Positions 46,162 to 57,281 of a DNA stretch of 64,000 bases are shown piece by piece. Source of the stretch: an uncultured Planctomycetota bacterium (GTDB taxonomy: Bacteria > Planctomycetota > Planctomycetia > Pirellulales > PALSA-1355); the NCBI GenBank assembly GCA_963711515.1, contig CAVQEL010000031.1:82052-146051 (forward strand), read 5' to 3'. Position numbers and translations under genes: made by a program. The notes below the pieces were generated by a model. That model searched no databases. It was not told the DNA's origin and was given only the letters and a program-made list of their open reading frames with translations. Numbering within the stretch: the first letter of the stretch is position 1; each line of letters starts with the position of its first letter.

Positions 46162-47533
46162 GTGAACACGCTCAAGCCGTTGTTGTTTGTAGCCGTCCTG
46201 GCGGGCATCGGCTATGGAGTGTACGTGCGACTGAATGCCGGCAGCGGCGTCTCCGCCGCCGCCGGTGGACGCCGGCTGGAATTCCAGCCCCAGCGTGCAA
46301 CTGCCCGAGTCGACGACGGGTGCCCCGTGGGCGAATCCCGGCGGAGGTGCGAATACGGGTCCCGCCCCCGGCCAACCGATAGGCGCGCCGGGCGTCGCGC
46401 CAGCGTATCAATCCTCGCCAGCGGCGGCCGCCGGCGGCGAGGCTCCGCCGTTTGGGCAGGCTCCGCCGGCCAATTCAGCAGCGCCGCCGGGGGGCGCGCC
46501 TTCTTATACGAGCAACGCGATGGCCGACTCCGCTGCCCCGCCCCCTGGAGCCGAAACTCACGGGCAGCCAGGAGGCAATAACCCCTACGAATATTTGCCG
46601 CCGCACGACGGCGCCCGGACGCCGCCGCCGCGCCGCCCGCCGCCGGTGCCGCCAGCGATCCCTATGCCGATCCGTACGGCGCGGCGCCTGCAGGTTCGGA
46701 CCGCTATCGCTCGCCGGACGAACAAGGACCGGCGGGGGACTATCCGCCGGCTGACGGCTATCCGACGAGCGACGCACCGCCGCCGTACGGCGGGCCGCCC
46801 GGGCGAGGCGCCGCCGGTGCCGGCCAACGGCGATTTTGCCGCGGCCTTTAGCGCCGCACAGAGGGAACTGGAGAACGGTCAGATGGCCCAAGCCCTCGGC
46901 GAGCTGACGCGCTGGTACGGCAATCCGCAGCTTACGCCCCAGGAACAACAGCAACTCAACGGCGTGCTCGATCAGGTGGCCGGCACCGTGGTTTACTCGA
47001 CGCAAAACGTGCTGGAGCCGCCGTACGAAGTGCAGCCCGGCGAACGGTTGGAAATGATCGGCGAAAGGTACCAGGTGCCGTGGCAATTGCTGGCCAAGAT
47101 CAACGGCATCGACGATCCCTCGGCCTTGCAGCCGGGCGAGCGCTTGAAGGTCGTGCGCGGTCCGTTCCACGCCGAGATCAATCTGGAGCGCCGCGAGCTG
47201 GTGCTGCTGACGGCCGACAATTTGTACGCCGGCCGGTTTCGCATCGGCGTGGGCGGCGAGCATCCGCCGCAGGAAGGGACGTTCGCGGTGAGCGAAAAGG
47301 TGGAGAACCCCGTCTACTACGGCCGCGATCGGGCGATCAGCGCCGAGGACCCCAACAACCCGTTGGGCGAACGCTGGATCGGGCTGGGCAAACAGATGAG
47401 CATCCACGGCACGAACGACCCCGAGAGCATCGGCCGCGCGGACCTGCCCGGCTCGATCAGCCTCACCGAGCAGGACGTAGAAGACGTGTTCGACATCCTG
47501 AGCCTCGGCTCGCGGGTGACGATTCGCCGATAG
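46162..47533 (+). CDS. Membrane-anchored LysM plus L,D-transpeptidase (YkuD)-like protein; frameshifts in the Pro-rich linker
   Basis: N-terminal TM; LysM YEVQPGERL...LAKINGI; NPLGERWIGL..SIHGTNDPESIG. Confidence 0.85.
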
Positions 47534-47675
47534 TCGGGCCGGTTCACGGCTGCGGCAGAAATCAGCGCGGCGGCGCTGCGGCGCAAAGCCCTTTCACTTC
47601 GTCCGCCGGCGTGTTATATCCAACGGCACGAAATGGTGCGGCCGGCGTATCTTCGTGCGAAGGGGGGACATCAAG

Positions 47676-48234
47676 TTGTACGACAAGCGAGCCTTGATGG
47701 AGCTGGTGCGGGCCAAGAGCGCTCAAGTTCGGCGAGTTTACGCTCGCCTCGGGAAAAAAGGCCAGCTACTATCTCGACACCAAGCAAGTGATTCTTGACT
47801 CGGCCGGCGCGGTGCTGGTGGGCGAAGGCATCCTGGATCTGATCGCCGATAGCCTGCCCACGGCCGTAGGCGGCATGGCCATCGGCGCCGATCCGATCAC
47901 CGCGGCGGTCATCACCATGGCCGGCGTGCGCGGCATCCCGCTCAAGGGCGTGCTGGTGCGCAAGGAAGCCAAGGGACACGGCACCGGGCAGTTTGTCGAA
48001 GGGCCGGTCCGCCCGGGCGACAGCATCGCGATCGTCGAGGACGTGGTCACCACCGGCGGTTCGTCGCTGCTGGCGATCGAACGGGTCGAAGCCTTCGGCC
48101 TCAAGGTGCAGCGCGTGATCGCGATCATCGACCGCCTGGAAGGCGGGGCGCAGGCTTTCGTCGAGCGCGGCTATCCGTTTTGCAGCCTGCTGTCGATCAC
48201 CGACTTCGGCATCGATCCGCCTAAGGAAATATGA
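47676..48234 (+). CDS. pyrE: Orotate phosphoribosyltransferase; frameshift near 47720
   Basis: FTLASGKKASYYLD, RKEAKGHG, IVEDVVTTGGS. Confidence 0.92.
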
Positions 48235-48239
48235 CACCG

Positions 48240-48339
48240 GGGTGCCATGCTCACGCTGGCGTGAGCATGCTCATGCGGTCGTTCCGACGGACAATCAACG
48301 AGAGCATCTACATGCCCACGACGAGCGTGGGCATGGCAC
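48240..48339. repeat. REP family B inverted doublet
   Basis: GGGTGCCATGCTCACGCTGGCGTGAGCATG and reverse CATGCCCACGACGAGCGTGGGCATGGCAC. Confidence 0.85.
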
Positions 48340-48402
48340 GCGACACAAGCCGGCAACCTGGCCACCCGACGCGCAGTTCTCAGGGAAGAGAGTGCGGCAC
48401 CG

Positions 48403-49098
48403 ATGGAAACCTCGCTCCACCGAGAGCTTAAGCTGCGCTACGCGGGCGACGATGCGCGCACCGAAGTGATGTTGGGCAAGTACCGCATCGACGCGGTGAG
48501 CCGCGGCCGCTTGATCGAGATTCAACACGGCTCGCTGGCCGCCATCCGCGACAAGATCCGCAGGCTGTTGAACGATCATCGGGTGCTGGTCGTCAAGCCG
48601 ATCGTGCACAGCAAGCTGCTGGTGAAACAGGCGGCCGAGGCCGGGCCGGCGGTGTCGCGCCGCATGAGCCCCAAACGCGGCTCGGCGCTGGATATCTTTG
48701 ACGAGCTGGTCTACTTCACGCGGGTGTTCCCGCATCCGCGGCTGTCGCTCGAGGTAGTGCTGGTCGACGTCGAAGAATGGCGCTACCCGGGGCACGGCCG
48801 GCGGCGGCGGTGGCGCAAGGACGATTTTGTGGTGGCCGATCAGAAGCTGTTGGAAGTGGGGGCGAGCTACCGTCTCAAGCGGCCGGCCGATCTGGTAAAG
48901 CTCATGCCTCCGGGGCTGCCGCGGCAGTTTCATACGGCCGCACTGGCGGAGCATTGCCAGGTCGCGCGGCACGCGGCACAGCGGATTGCTTATTGCCTGC
49001 GCGAGATGCAGGCGGTCGAGCAAGTGGGCAAACAGGGGAATGCGCGGGTGTATCGATTGCCGGGGCGCCGGTTGCGGCGGGGCGAGGAGGCGGCCTGA
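48403..49098 (+). CDS. Hypothetical protein, possible PD-(D/E)xK nuclease fold
   Basis: ETSLHRELK, RIDAVSRGRLIEIQ, C-terminal HTH-like segment. Confidence 0.65.
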   Translation: METSLHRELKLRYAGDDARTEVMLGKYRIDAVSRGRLIEIQHGSLAAIRDKIRRLLNDHRVLVVKPIVHSKLLVKQAAEAGPAVSRRMSPKRGSALDIFDELVYFTRVFPHPRLSLEVVLVDVEEWRYPGHGRRRRWRKDDFVVADQKLLEVGASYRLKRPADLVKLMPPGLPRQFHTAALAEHCQVARHAAQRIAYCLREMQAVEQVGKQGNARVYRLPGRRLRRGEEAA

Positions 49099-49161
49099 GA
49101 ACTCCGTCGCCGTTGGCTCCGGGCAAAACGGTGGACGATCGACGCAATGGGTCCCGCCCCG

Positions 49162-51366
49162 TCAATCGCCGTTGAGTGGTTCTACGGCCAGGCGTTTGTA
49201 CTGTCCGCTGTGCCAGCGGGGGATGTCGTTCTTGTAGTATCCCGACACGCTGCTTTCGCTCGGGCCGCCGGGCAGGTTGGTCCAGGCTTCGTCGGTCCCC
49301 ATGTCGGTGACGAAGTGGTAGCTGGGGGCGAACGAGGCTTCGCGCCGCGCGGCCCGCAGCAGATGCCCCTGGAACGGCGTGGCGTAACAGCCCGGCAAGG
49401 CCATCTCGGCCGTATGCAGCCCGAAGGCGCGGCCCACCAGGCGACTGTCGACGTAGCGGTTCGTGAAGCGAAAGCTGTTGATGCTCGACCAGGGGGCGTC
49501 CCGTTCGCGCGACAGTGCCGCGGCCGCGCGGCGAATCAACGCCGCCTTGTCGCGCCCCCGCCACCAGAGCGAATCCTGCCGCACCAGCAACCGGTCGATG
49601 GCCGTGAGCACCATCGTCGAAAAACCGACGCGGCTGCACAGATATAGCATCCGCCGAAAGCCGATCGCCGTCTCGTGGCCGAACACCTGCAACAGCACGT
49701 TGCGATACAAGTGCGAAAAGAGGGTCGCCTCGTGGCTGTCGGGCGAATAGTTGCAATCCCACTTGCTCAGCCGCTCCTTGACCGGGCCGTCAGGCAAGTA
49801 GGGCAGAAACACGGCCAGCAGGTCCCGGGCTTGCAGGCTGACGACGTCGTATTGCAGCGACTGCATGTCCTTAATCGTGGCGGGGTTCATCACCGCCAGG
49901 CGCTCGTCGATCCGCCGCTTGCGATAGTCGGGCACGGGCTGCGTGACCAGCATGGGCCCACCCGGCGGGTTCACGTTTTCGTTGGCCGTGGCCACGTAGC
50001 CCTCGGGCGGATCGTAGATGCGCGGCAATAGCTCGCTGGAGATCAAACCGCGCCAATGGTTGCGCTTGTCCCAGGCGGGGATGGGGAGCAAGCCGTTGTG
50101 CGTCTTGGCCCGTTTGGGAAACCAGCCGTTGGCCTGCATGCCGATGTGTCCCTGCCGGTCGGCAAACACCCAGCACAAGGTGGGCAGCGGGCACTCGCGG
50201 GCAATGTCCATGCCGCTGGCGGCGTCGGGGGCAAAGACAATGTCCAGCCAGGTCGAGATCGAGCGTCCCGCGCCGTGCAAGTCGCCGACCCAGGTGTTCG
50301 ACAGGTAGTAGCCCGGCTCGCCATCTACGGGATGCGCCTCGAGCGTTCCCAGGGCGTTGTAGTGGATCGAGAGCAACTCGGATGGTCCGCCCTTGCGGCC
50401 GATCATTTCGTCCCGAATCTCGAAATCGATCCACTCCTCGCCGCGGCGATATTGCCAGGCACCGGTCTGCGACTGGCGGCAATCCTCGATGAAGTGGTCG
50501 CTGGTGTCGCCTTTGAGATACGTCACGCCCCAGGACAAGTCGCGGGTGCGGGCCACGGCAAACAGCGGGCAGCCGGGGAGCGACGCCCCCAGCACGTAGT
50601 TGCCTTCCCAATGCAGCTCGGCTTCGTACCAGATGGCCGGCAGCCGGTTGACTTCCAGGTGCGGGTCGCTGGCCAACAGGGCCGAGCCGGTGCCGCTGCG
50701 CTGGGGGCCGACGGCCCAGGCATTGCTGCCGGCCAGGCGCGGCAAGTCGGTGATCAACTCCAGGGCGTCGTCCGACAGTTGGCTCGATATCTTCAGCTTT
50801 CGCAACACGTCGAAATCGGCGTTGTCGAGCATCGGGCTGAACAGCTCGCGCAGCTTGTCGTCGTCCACGCCGGCGTGGATCAAATCGAGCAGGATCCGCT
50901 CGTTCTGCTGCTGTCCGACCACCAGCCCGCCGAAGCTCAACAGGTGACCCATCAACAGCACGCTTTTCTGGTTCCAGGCGTGGGGCACGAAGCCGGTGGC
51001 CCACATGGGCAACGAACGGCCGGAGTCCTTCATGCCGTCGTTGACCCCTTCGCAGTAGGCGGTCAGTTGGTCGAACGTTTCGTCGTCGAGCGCGGCGACC
51101 TCGTGGTCCAGGTTCAGGTACAGGCCGGTGCGGCGGAAGAAGCGGTCCATCTCCAAGAGTTCGGGCTTGTCGGCGATCTGTTCGGCACTCTCGCCGCTGG
51201 CCACGGCCCGGGAAAAGAGGAGCTGCGTGGGGCGGTCGATGCCGTGCATGTAGCCCAGCCCATAGAGCGCAGCCCGCCACGAACCGGCCGAAATATGCGG
51301 CACGCCGTGAGCATCGCGAGCGACGGAGAACCGCCGCCGGGCACTTTTGGTGGGGAGGGGTTTCAT
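49162..51366 (-). CDS. Penicillin acylase family (S45 Ntn hydrolase)
   Basis: RDAHGVPHI, GSNAWAV, LASDPHL, TANEN, PGGPS. Confidence 0.92.
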   Translation of the reverse strand: MKPLPTKSARRRFSVARDAHGVPHISAGSWRAALYGLGYMHGIDRPTQLLFSRAVASGESAEQIADKPELLEMDRFFRRTGLYLNLDHEVAALDDETFDQLTAYCEGVNDGMKDSGRSLPMWATGFVPHAWNQKSVLLMGHLLSFGGLVVGQQQNERILLDLIHAGVDDDKLRELFSPMLDNADFDVLRKLKISSQLSDDALELITDLPRLAGSNAWAVGPQRSGTGSALLASDPHLEVNRLPAIWYEAELHWEGNYVLGASLPGCPLFAVARTRDLSWGVTYLKGDTSDHFIEDCRQSQTGAWQYRRGEEWIDFEIRDEMIGRKGGPSELLSIHYNALGTLEAHPVDGEPGYYLSNTWVGDLHGAGRSISTWLDIVFAPDAASGMDIARECPLPTLCWVFADRQGHIGMQANGWFPKRAKTHNGLLPIPAWDKRNHWRGLISSELLPRIYDPPEGYVATANENVNPPGGPMLVTQPVPDYRKRRIDERLAVMNPATIKDMQSLQYDVVSLQARDLLAVFLPYLPDGPVKERLSKWDCNYSPDSHEATLFSHLYRNVLLQVFGHETAIGFRRMLYLCSRVGFSTMVLTAIDRLLVRQDSLWWRGRDKAALIRRAAAALSRERDAPWSSINSFRFTNRYVDSRLVGRAFGLHTAEMALPGCYATPFQGHLLRAARREASFAPSYHFVTDMGTDEAWTNLPGGPSESSVSGYYKNDIPRWHSGQYKRLAVEPLNGD

Positions 51367-51564
51367 GCGGGGCCAGGTGGGACGAGCACCATCTTAACTT
51401 TAGCACGCCCCGCCCGATAAGAGCGGAAGCCGGCAGGGCCGCTACAACCGGACCCGCCGGGTGCGACGCGAGTCCGTTTGGCGATACAATGGTGGCCGCG
51501 ACCAGGCCGTGCCCAGTCGAGCCCGCGTCGCCTGATTTCGCGGGAAGCCACGCTCGTGAGTTCC

Positions 51565-52526
51565 ATGCTAGCCACTCGACGCCGTCTGCGGCAACTCGCC
51601 ACCGCCCTGCCCTTTGTCGGCCCGTGGCTGGTCGGTTTCGTGGCGCTGGTGGGCTATCCGTTCGTGGCTTCGCTGGTGTGGAGCTTCGACCGCTACGACA
51701 TGCTGTCGCCGCCGGAGTTTGTCGGCACGGCCAACTACGAGCGGCTGGCCGAGGAGCTGTTCACCGGGCAGCGCTTCGGGCAGGCGGTGTGGAACACGGC
51801 CTACTTCGCGCTGGTGAGCGTGCCGTTGTCGATCGTGCTGGGAGTGGGGCTGGCGGTCATTCTTTCGTGGAACGTGCGCGGCCGGGCCGTCTATCGCACG
51901 ATTTTCTTTCTGCCCTCGGTCGTGCCGGCCGTGGCCGGTTCGATCCTCTGGCTGTGGCTCTTGGATCCTCAGGCGGGCATCGTCAACTACCTGCTCGGTT
52001 GGGTCGGCTTGCCCGGGCCGGGCTGGTTCAACAGCACGGCCGAAGCCGCCTGGCCCGGCGGTTGGTTCACCGGCACCGCGGGCTTTGGATCGAAAGACGC
52101 GCTGGTGCTGATGAGCCTGTGGGGCGTGGGCAACTTCATGATCATCTACCTGGCGGCCATCGGCGACATTCCGGCCCAGCTCTACGAAGCGGCCGAGCTG
52201 GACGGGGCCGGCCCGTCTGCGCCGCTTCTGGCACGTGACGCTGCCGTTGCTCTCGCCAGTGATCTTCTTCAACCTGGTGATGGGGCTGATCCACGCCGTG
52301 CAAGCCTTCACCCAGGTGTACATCGTCAGCGAAGGACAGGAGAGCCCGGCCGGCTCGATGCTGATGCTCTCGCTGTACGTTTTCCTGTCGGCGTTCAAGT
52401 ATTTGCAAATGGGCTACGCCTCGGCGATCGCCTGGGCGATGTTCGTCGATGATCGTGCTAGTGACCTGGGCATTGTTTCGCTCGTCGCGGTACTGGGTCT
52501 ATTACCAGGCGAGCGGACGGCTGTAG
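51565..52526 (+). CDS. Carbohydrate ABC transporter permease; frameshifts near 52215 and 52450
   Basis: YRTIFFLPS, IPAQLYEAAELDGA, TLPLLSPVIFFN, MGYASAIAW. Confidence 0.9.
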
Positions 52527-52530
52527 GACG

Positions 52531-52673
52531 TTAAGCGGTTCTTTCAGAGCTGAATCGGGGTGCCACTGCTGGCTTGTCCAGCAGTGCTTTGGCAAACAAC
52601 ACGACAAGGCGAGGCGAGAGTGATGGTTGTCTCTGGCAAGCATGCTCACGCCAGCGTGAGCATGGCACACTAG
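52531..52673. repeat. Hybrid doublet: REP-A forward plus REP-B reverse
   Basis: GGGTGCCACTGCTGGCTTGTCCAGCAGTG at 52558 and CATGCTCACGCCAGCGTGAGCATGGCAC at 52641. Confidence 0.85.
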
Positions 52674-52712
52674 CAACGGACCGAAGAGTTTCTCTGCAAC
52701 GTCGAGGCGTCG

Positions 52713-54069
52713 ATGAAACCGCGCGATCTTAAGCGCCTGGTGGCCGTGCTGCTGGTGGTGGCGGTCGTGGTGTTGGCGATTCGCGAGAGTGCCAACCCGC
52801 GGTGGCAGGTGCCGGCCGGCCGCAGCGAAGTGGTGTTCTGGCACTTCTGGGGCGGCAAGGATCGGCCCGTGGTCGACGAGATTTGCGATCGCTTCAACGC
52901 CAGCCAGCAGGAGTTCTTCGTCCGGCCGGTGGCGATGCCGGGGAATAACCTCGACCTGAAATTCTTTTTGAGCGTGGCCGGCGGCGATCCGCCCGATCTG
53001 CTCAACCAGGACGATCCGATCGTGGCCGATTGGGCGCACCGGGGTGCGCTGGTGCCGCTCGACGAACTGGCCACCGCCGAAGAATACGCGGCGCTGGGCG
53101 ATTGGCTGTTTCCCGCGGCCCGCCAGATCGGCGGGTACGAGGGGCGGTTGTATGCCCTGTGCAACGGGCTGGACATTCGGGCGCTGTACTACAACGCCGA
53201 CGTGCTCGACGAGTTCGGCCTCCAGCCTCCGCGCACGCTCGCCGAGTTGGACACGGCCGCCGAGCGGATTGCTCCGCCGGGTACCGGGCCACACGCGCGA
53301 TATGGATATTTGCCCGATCCGCGGCGGCTCTGGTCGTGGGGCATTGTCTTCGGCGGGCGGTTTTACGATCCGGCGTCGGGCCGGGTGACGGCTGACAGTG
53401 CGCGGATCGTGGCGGCGCTCGATTGGATGGCCTCGTACAGTCGCCGCTACGGCGCCGATCGGGTGGCCCGCTTTCGCAAGGGGGATCAGGCCCTGCCCGG
53501 CGCGGCGTTTCCGCTGTTGGAAGGGCGCTATGCGATGATTATGGACGGCCAGTGGCGGGTCTCCGAAATCGCGGCGGTCCAAGCGGCTGCTCGTCAACGG
53601 GGCCAGACGCCGCCGCGGTATGGCGTCGTGCCGCTGCCGCCGCCGCCGGCGGGCGTGGCGGATGCCGGCTGGGTGAACGGCAACTTTTTTGTCGTGCCGC
53701 GGGGGGCCAAGAATCCGCGCGGGGCCTGGGAGTTCATGAAATTCTGGAGCGGCTTTGGCGGCCACGAGGCCGAAGCGGCCCGAGCCTGCGCCGGCGGCGG
53801 CTGGATTCCGGCCTCGCGGCAGGTGGTCGAGCATCCGACGTTCCAGCGGTATCTCGCCCGTTATCCGATGTTTCGCACGTTCGTCGAGCTGGCCGGCAGC
53901 CGGCGGCAGGTGCCCACGCCGGCAGTGCCCGGCGCGGCAGTTCTTTCAAGACGAAGTGATCCGCGCCGCCGAAGACGCGATGTACAAGCTCGTGCCCGCG
54001 GGCGAAGCGTTGGAAAATGCCACGGGGCGCATCCAAGCCCGACTGGAGGCCGCGCGTGAGGAGGAATAA
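52713..54069 (+). CDS. ABC transporter sugar-binding protein; frameshift near 53940
   Basis: VVFWHFWGG, FNASQ, GGDPPDL, LYYNADV, AWEFMKF. Confidence 0.9.
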
Positions 54070-54883
54070 CCCGCCGAGTTTCGTCGCGCATGGGGTGCTG
54101 CTGGTGGCGGCGGCCGCTTTTGCTTTGCCGCTGGCGTGGATGGTGCTTACGTCGCTCAAGCCGGGCGAGGAGATCGCGGCCGATCCGCACCGGGCGCTGC
54201 CCCTCGAGTGGCGGCCGGCCAACTACGTGGAGGCGGTGACCACGATGCCCTACTTCCGCTACCTGCGCAATTCGCTGGTGCTGTGCGCCGGCAGCGTGCT
54301 GGGGACGCTGTGGAGCTGTTCGCTGGCGGCCTACGCGTTTGCCCGGCTGCGGTGGCCGGGACGCAACGGGTTGTTCAGCGTGCTGGTGGCCACGATGCTG
54401 TTGCCGTGGCACGTGACGATGATCCCGCGCTTCTTGCTGCTGGGCGAGCTGGGACTGTACAACTCGCTGGGGGCGCTGGTGGTGCCGACGTTCTTCGGCG
54501 ACGCGTTTTCGATCTTTCTGTTGCGGCAGTTTTTTCTGACGATTCCCGAGGAGTTGTGCGAGGCGGCCCGGCTCGACGGCTGCAGCGAGTGGGGCATCTT
54601 CTGGCGAATCGTGCTGCCGCTGTCGCGGCCGGCGCTAGCCACCGTGGCGCTCTTCCAGTTCGTCGCCTCGTGGAACGACTTTAACGGCCCGCTGTTGTAC
54701 TTGAACGATCCGGGCCGCTTTACGCTGGCCTATGGCCTCGAGCAATTCGTCAGTTCCTATTCCAGCCAGACGAACCTGCTGATGGCCGCGTCGGTGCTGT
54801 TCACGCTGCCGCTGGTGATCTTGTTCTTCTTCGCCCAGCGGACGTTCATCCGGGGCATCGCCACGACGGGGCTGAAGGGCTGA
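54056..54883 (+). CDS. Carbohydrate ABC transporter permease
   Basis: AAYAFARL, IPEELCEAARLDG, WNDF, FIRGIATTGLKG. Confidence 0.93.
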   Translation: MRRNNPPSFVAHGVLLVAAAAFALPLAWMVLTSLKPGEEIAADPHRALPLEWRPANYVEAVTTMPYFRYLRNSLVLCAGSVLGTLWSCSLAAYAFARLRWPGRNGLFSVLVATMLLPWHVTMIPRFLLLGELGLYNSLGALVVPTFFGDAFSIFLLRQFFLTIPEELCEAARLDGCSEWGIFWRIVLPLSRPALATVALFQFVASWNDFNGPLLYLNDPGRFTLAYGLEQFVSSYSSQTNLLMAASVLFTLPLVILFFFAQRTFIRGIATTGLKG

Positions 54884-54921
54884 CGTGCCGTGCGATGAGA
54901 AGCGCGCTGGGCGCAGCAACA

Positions 54922-54964
54922 AAGGGGATAAGTCCAATCTCAGGGGCTTTGGACTTATCCCCTT
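54922..54964. repeat. Perfect 16-bp inverted repeat (terminator or REP-like)
   Basis: AAGGGGATAAGTCCAA-N11-TTGGACTTATCCCCTT. Confidence 0.7.
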
Positions 54965-55316
54965 GTCGTGCGCGGCGCGTTTCGCGCGCGGCGATTATTT
55001 GCGATGGCGGATCTTCGAGCGCATGCGGCGCTTTTTGCGCCCGAGCTTCCGCCGACCTTTGCCCGTTCTTTTCGTGCCCACACACGACTCCCATGGATCC
55101 AGCGAACCCGACGATGCTCGCGCGGGGGAAAGAAACCCGCCGCGCCCCCAGCCACGGTGAATCGAACGGCCGGGAACACGCGATTCTAACATCCCCGCCA
55201 GCAGCGCGGCAAGGGCGAGGGGTGGCAAGCCGCGGAGAGTTTCGACGCCGGCGGTCTGGCAGGTTGGGGTTCTTCGGCGTGCGGTCGCAATCGGCCCGCT
55301 CTCTGGCCCCAGGCGA

Positions 55317-55583
55317 TCAGGCGTTATCCTGCCAGCGGTCGTCAAACTCTCGGGCGGCGATGGCAAAGGAGGCCATGGCCTCGCAGTTAAACTCGGCGGA
55401 AAGACCGCCGTGCTGGTCCTCGGGCGTCGCCTGGGAGTATTTCAGCACCGTCCCGTCGTCGTAGACCTCGACTTGTCGGACGACGCGGTCGCTTTGGTCG
55501 ACCTCGAAGTACCACCAGGAGTGCCCCCAATCGGCATATTCGTCGCCGCGCGTGTCTTCCCACCGTCGCTTGTAGTATCTCAT
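55317..55583 (-). CDS. Small acidic, aromatic-rich protein (immunity-protein-like)
   Basis: 88 aa; WWYFEVDQSDRVVRQVEVYDDG and EFDDRW. Confidence 0.75.
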   Translation of the reverse strand: MRYYKRRWEDTRGDEYADWGHSWWYFEVDQSDRVVRQVEVYDDGTVLKYSQATPEDQHGGLSAEFNCEAMASFAIAAREFDDRWQDNA

Positions 55584-55638
55584 GCTGATTCTGCGCCGCG
55601 GGAAGGCGCCTCGTGGTTGGAACGGGACGGATTGCTCG

Positions 55639-57185
55639 TTACGACACCTTCAACAACTCGCAGGCTTCCGCATAACCCGGTGCCGGGCGGCCGAATTCGC
55701 TGGCCGTGACACGGGCCAGGGCGATGGCCTGCCGCCAGCGGAAGGCCGGTCGCGTACGGGCGAATTCTTCGCTGGCCGTGCGGTAATACTTCTCGGCGTG
55801 CAGCGCTCCGTCTTCGCTCACCGCGTATCGCAGCAACAGATCGAACAGCGGCCGCGGCTCGTGCCCCAGCTCGCCATAGTGGTTCACGACGTTCGTAGCC
55901 TGGGCTTGCAGGTTGCCGCGGATGGCCGTGTCGAGCTCGGCCAGCAGCTTGTCGGGCTCGGTGATTTTGAGCCGCTTCCAGGGCGTGTCGATCGGCAGCG
56001 GCGGCAGGTTCAGATAGTCGCCGCCCCCTTGCGAGCGATCGAGCGCCACCTGGTACGCTCCCAGGATCAGGCAGGCAAACGTATTGCGCGGGCTGGCCGC
56101 GCCGGCCATGTTGCGCCAGGCGTTGGCCGAATCGCAGGCATGCACGCCCACCGAGTCGCCGTGCACGCTGCCGATCGGTTTGCCGGGCCACTCCTGCCGC
56201 GCGGTGCGGCCGGTGTTGCGCAGCACCAGCTGATTGGACGCCAGGGCCATGGCCTCGCCGATCGCGGCCGGCGAAAAGCCTTCGGCCAGGGCGCCGGCGG
56301 CGGCTTCGGCGGCCTGCTCGGGCGAGGAGCTGAAAATGGTCTGGCTCATCGAATCGATCCAGGCGTCGTCGGCCGCGCGATCGCCCGGGGTGCGATCCAG
56401 CAGCTTGTGCTCTTCGAGCAAACTGGCCAGCACCTTGCTCGGCTGGCGGCGCGGCTGCTCCTTAACGCAGTAGTGCACACTCTGCCGCAAGAGCGTATGG
56501 GCATGCTCCGGGCCGACCAGGCTCAGCAGCTCCCACGCCCGATAGGGCAACACGGTGCGGTGCACTTGCGTGTCTTCTTGCACCGTGTAGAGCAGTTCGT
56601 CGAACGCCTCGCGCGGCGCCTGCTGGGCGATCGCGGCGAAGATCTGTTCGGCGCGGTCGAGATCCTCGGCGGCCACGGCCGCCCGCAACGCCTGGGCCGG
56701 GTCATCGCCGGCGCTGAGGGCCGCGGGTTCGACGGGTCGCAAGATTTCGCTGGCGTGTCCGCCGTGCTCGCCGATGCGGTTGGTGTTGCGGTACAGCACC
56801 TTGAAGATCGGCAAGGCCTGCCTGTGCCGGTCAGTTCGCGCGACATGTGCCAGGCCGGCGCCAGCGCCATCAGCGTGTGGTAGCCGACGTAGTCTTCGCC
56901 GCCGAAGGTGCGGGCGTTGGCCAGGGCCGCGGCGGCCACCAGCGATTTCAACTCGGTGCCGCGCTCCAGCTCGCCGGCCAAAGCGGGCAGGAGCTTGTCG
57001 ATGGGCGTTTCCTGCATCAGCACGACCAGCGGTTCGAGCGGCCCGAACAAGAGGGGCTCGGCGCCTTGGGCCGCTTCGGCCCGGGCCAGGCCCAGGTCGG
57101 CGGCCAGTTCGAGGCCGACGGTGACGGCCAGCATGCCCTGTCCGACCGTGGAGAGAAACTCGCGTCGGTTGCGTGTGGTTTTCAT
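55639..57185 (-). CDS. Tat-exported helical hypothetical protein; frameshift near 56820
   Basis: NRREFL Tat motif; His motifs DYVGYH, QVHR, VGVHA, DGALHAEKYY. Confidence 0.75.
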
Positions 57186-57281
57186 GGCCGCCTCCAGAGT
57201 CTTGAGTGCGCAAGCAGCTATGGGAAGTCCGCCCCCCACGGGCGCCGGCTTCGATCTCTTCGCGGGCGAAGGTGCGCCGCG

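Noticed and set aside
54965-55310. Possible gene or ncRNA between the ABC cluster and the small acidic gene
   Set aside because: The overlapping short ORFs lack motifs and I could not recognise an RNA family; not enough evidence.
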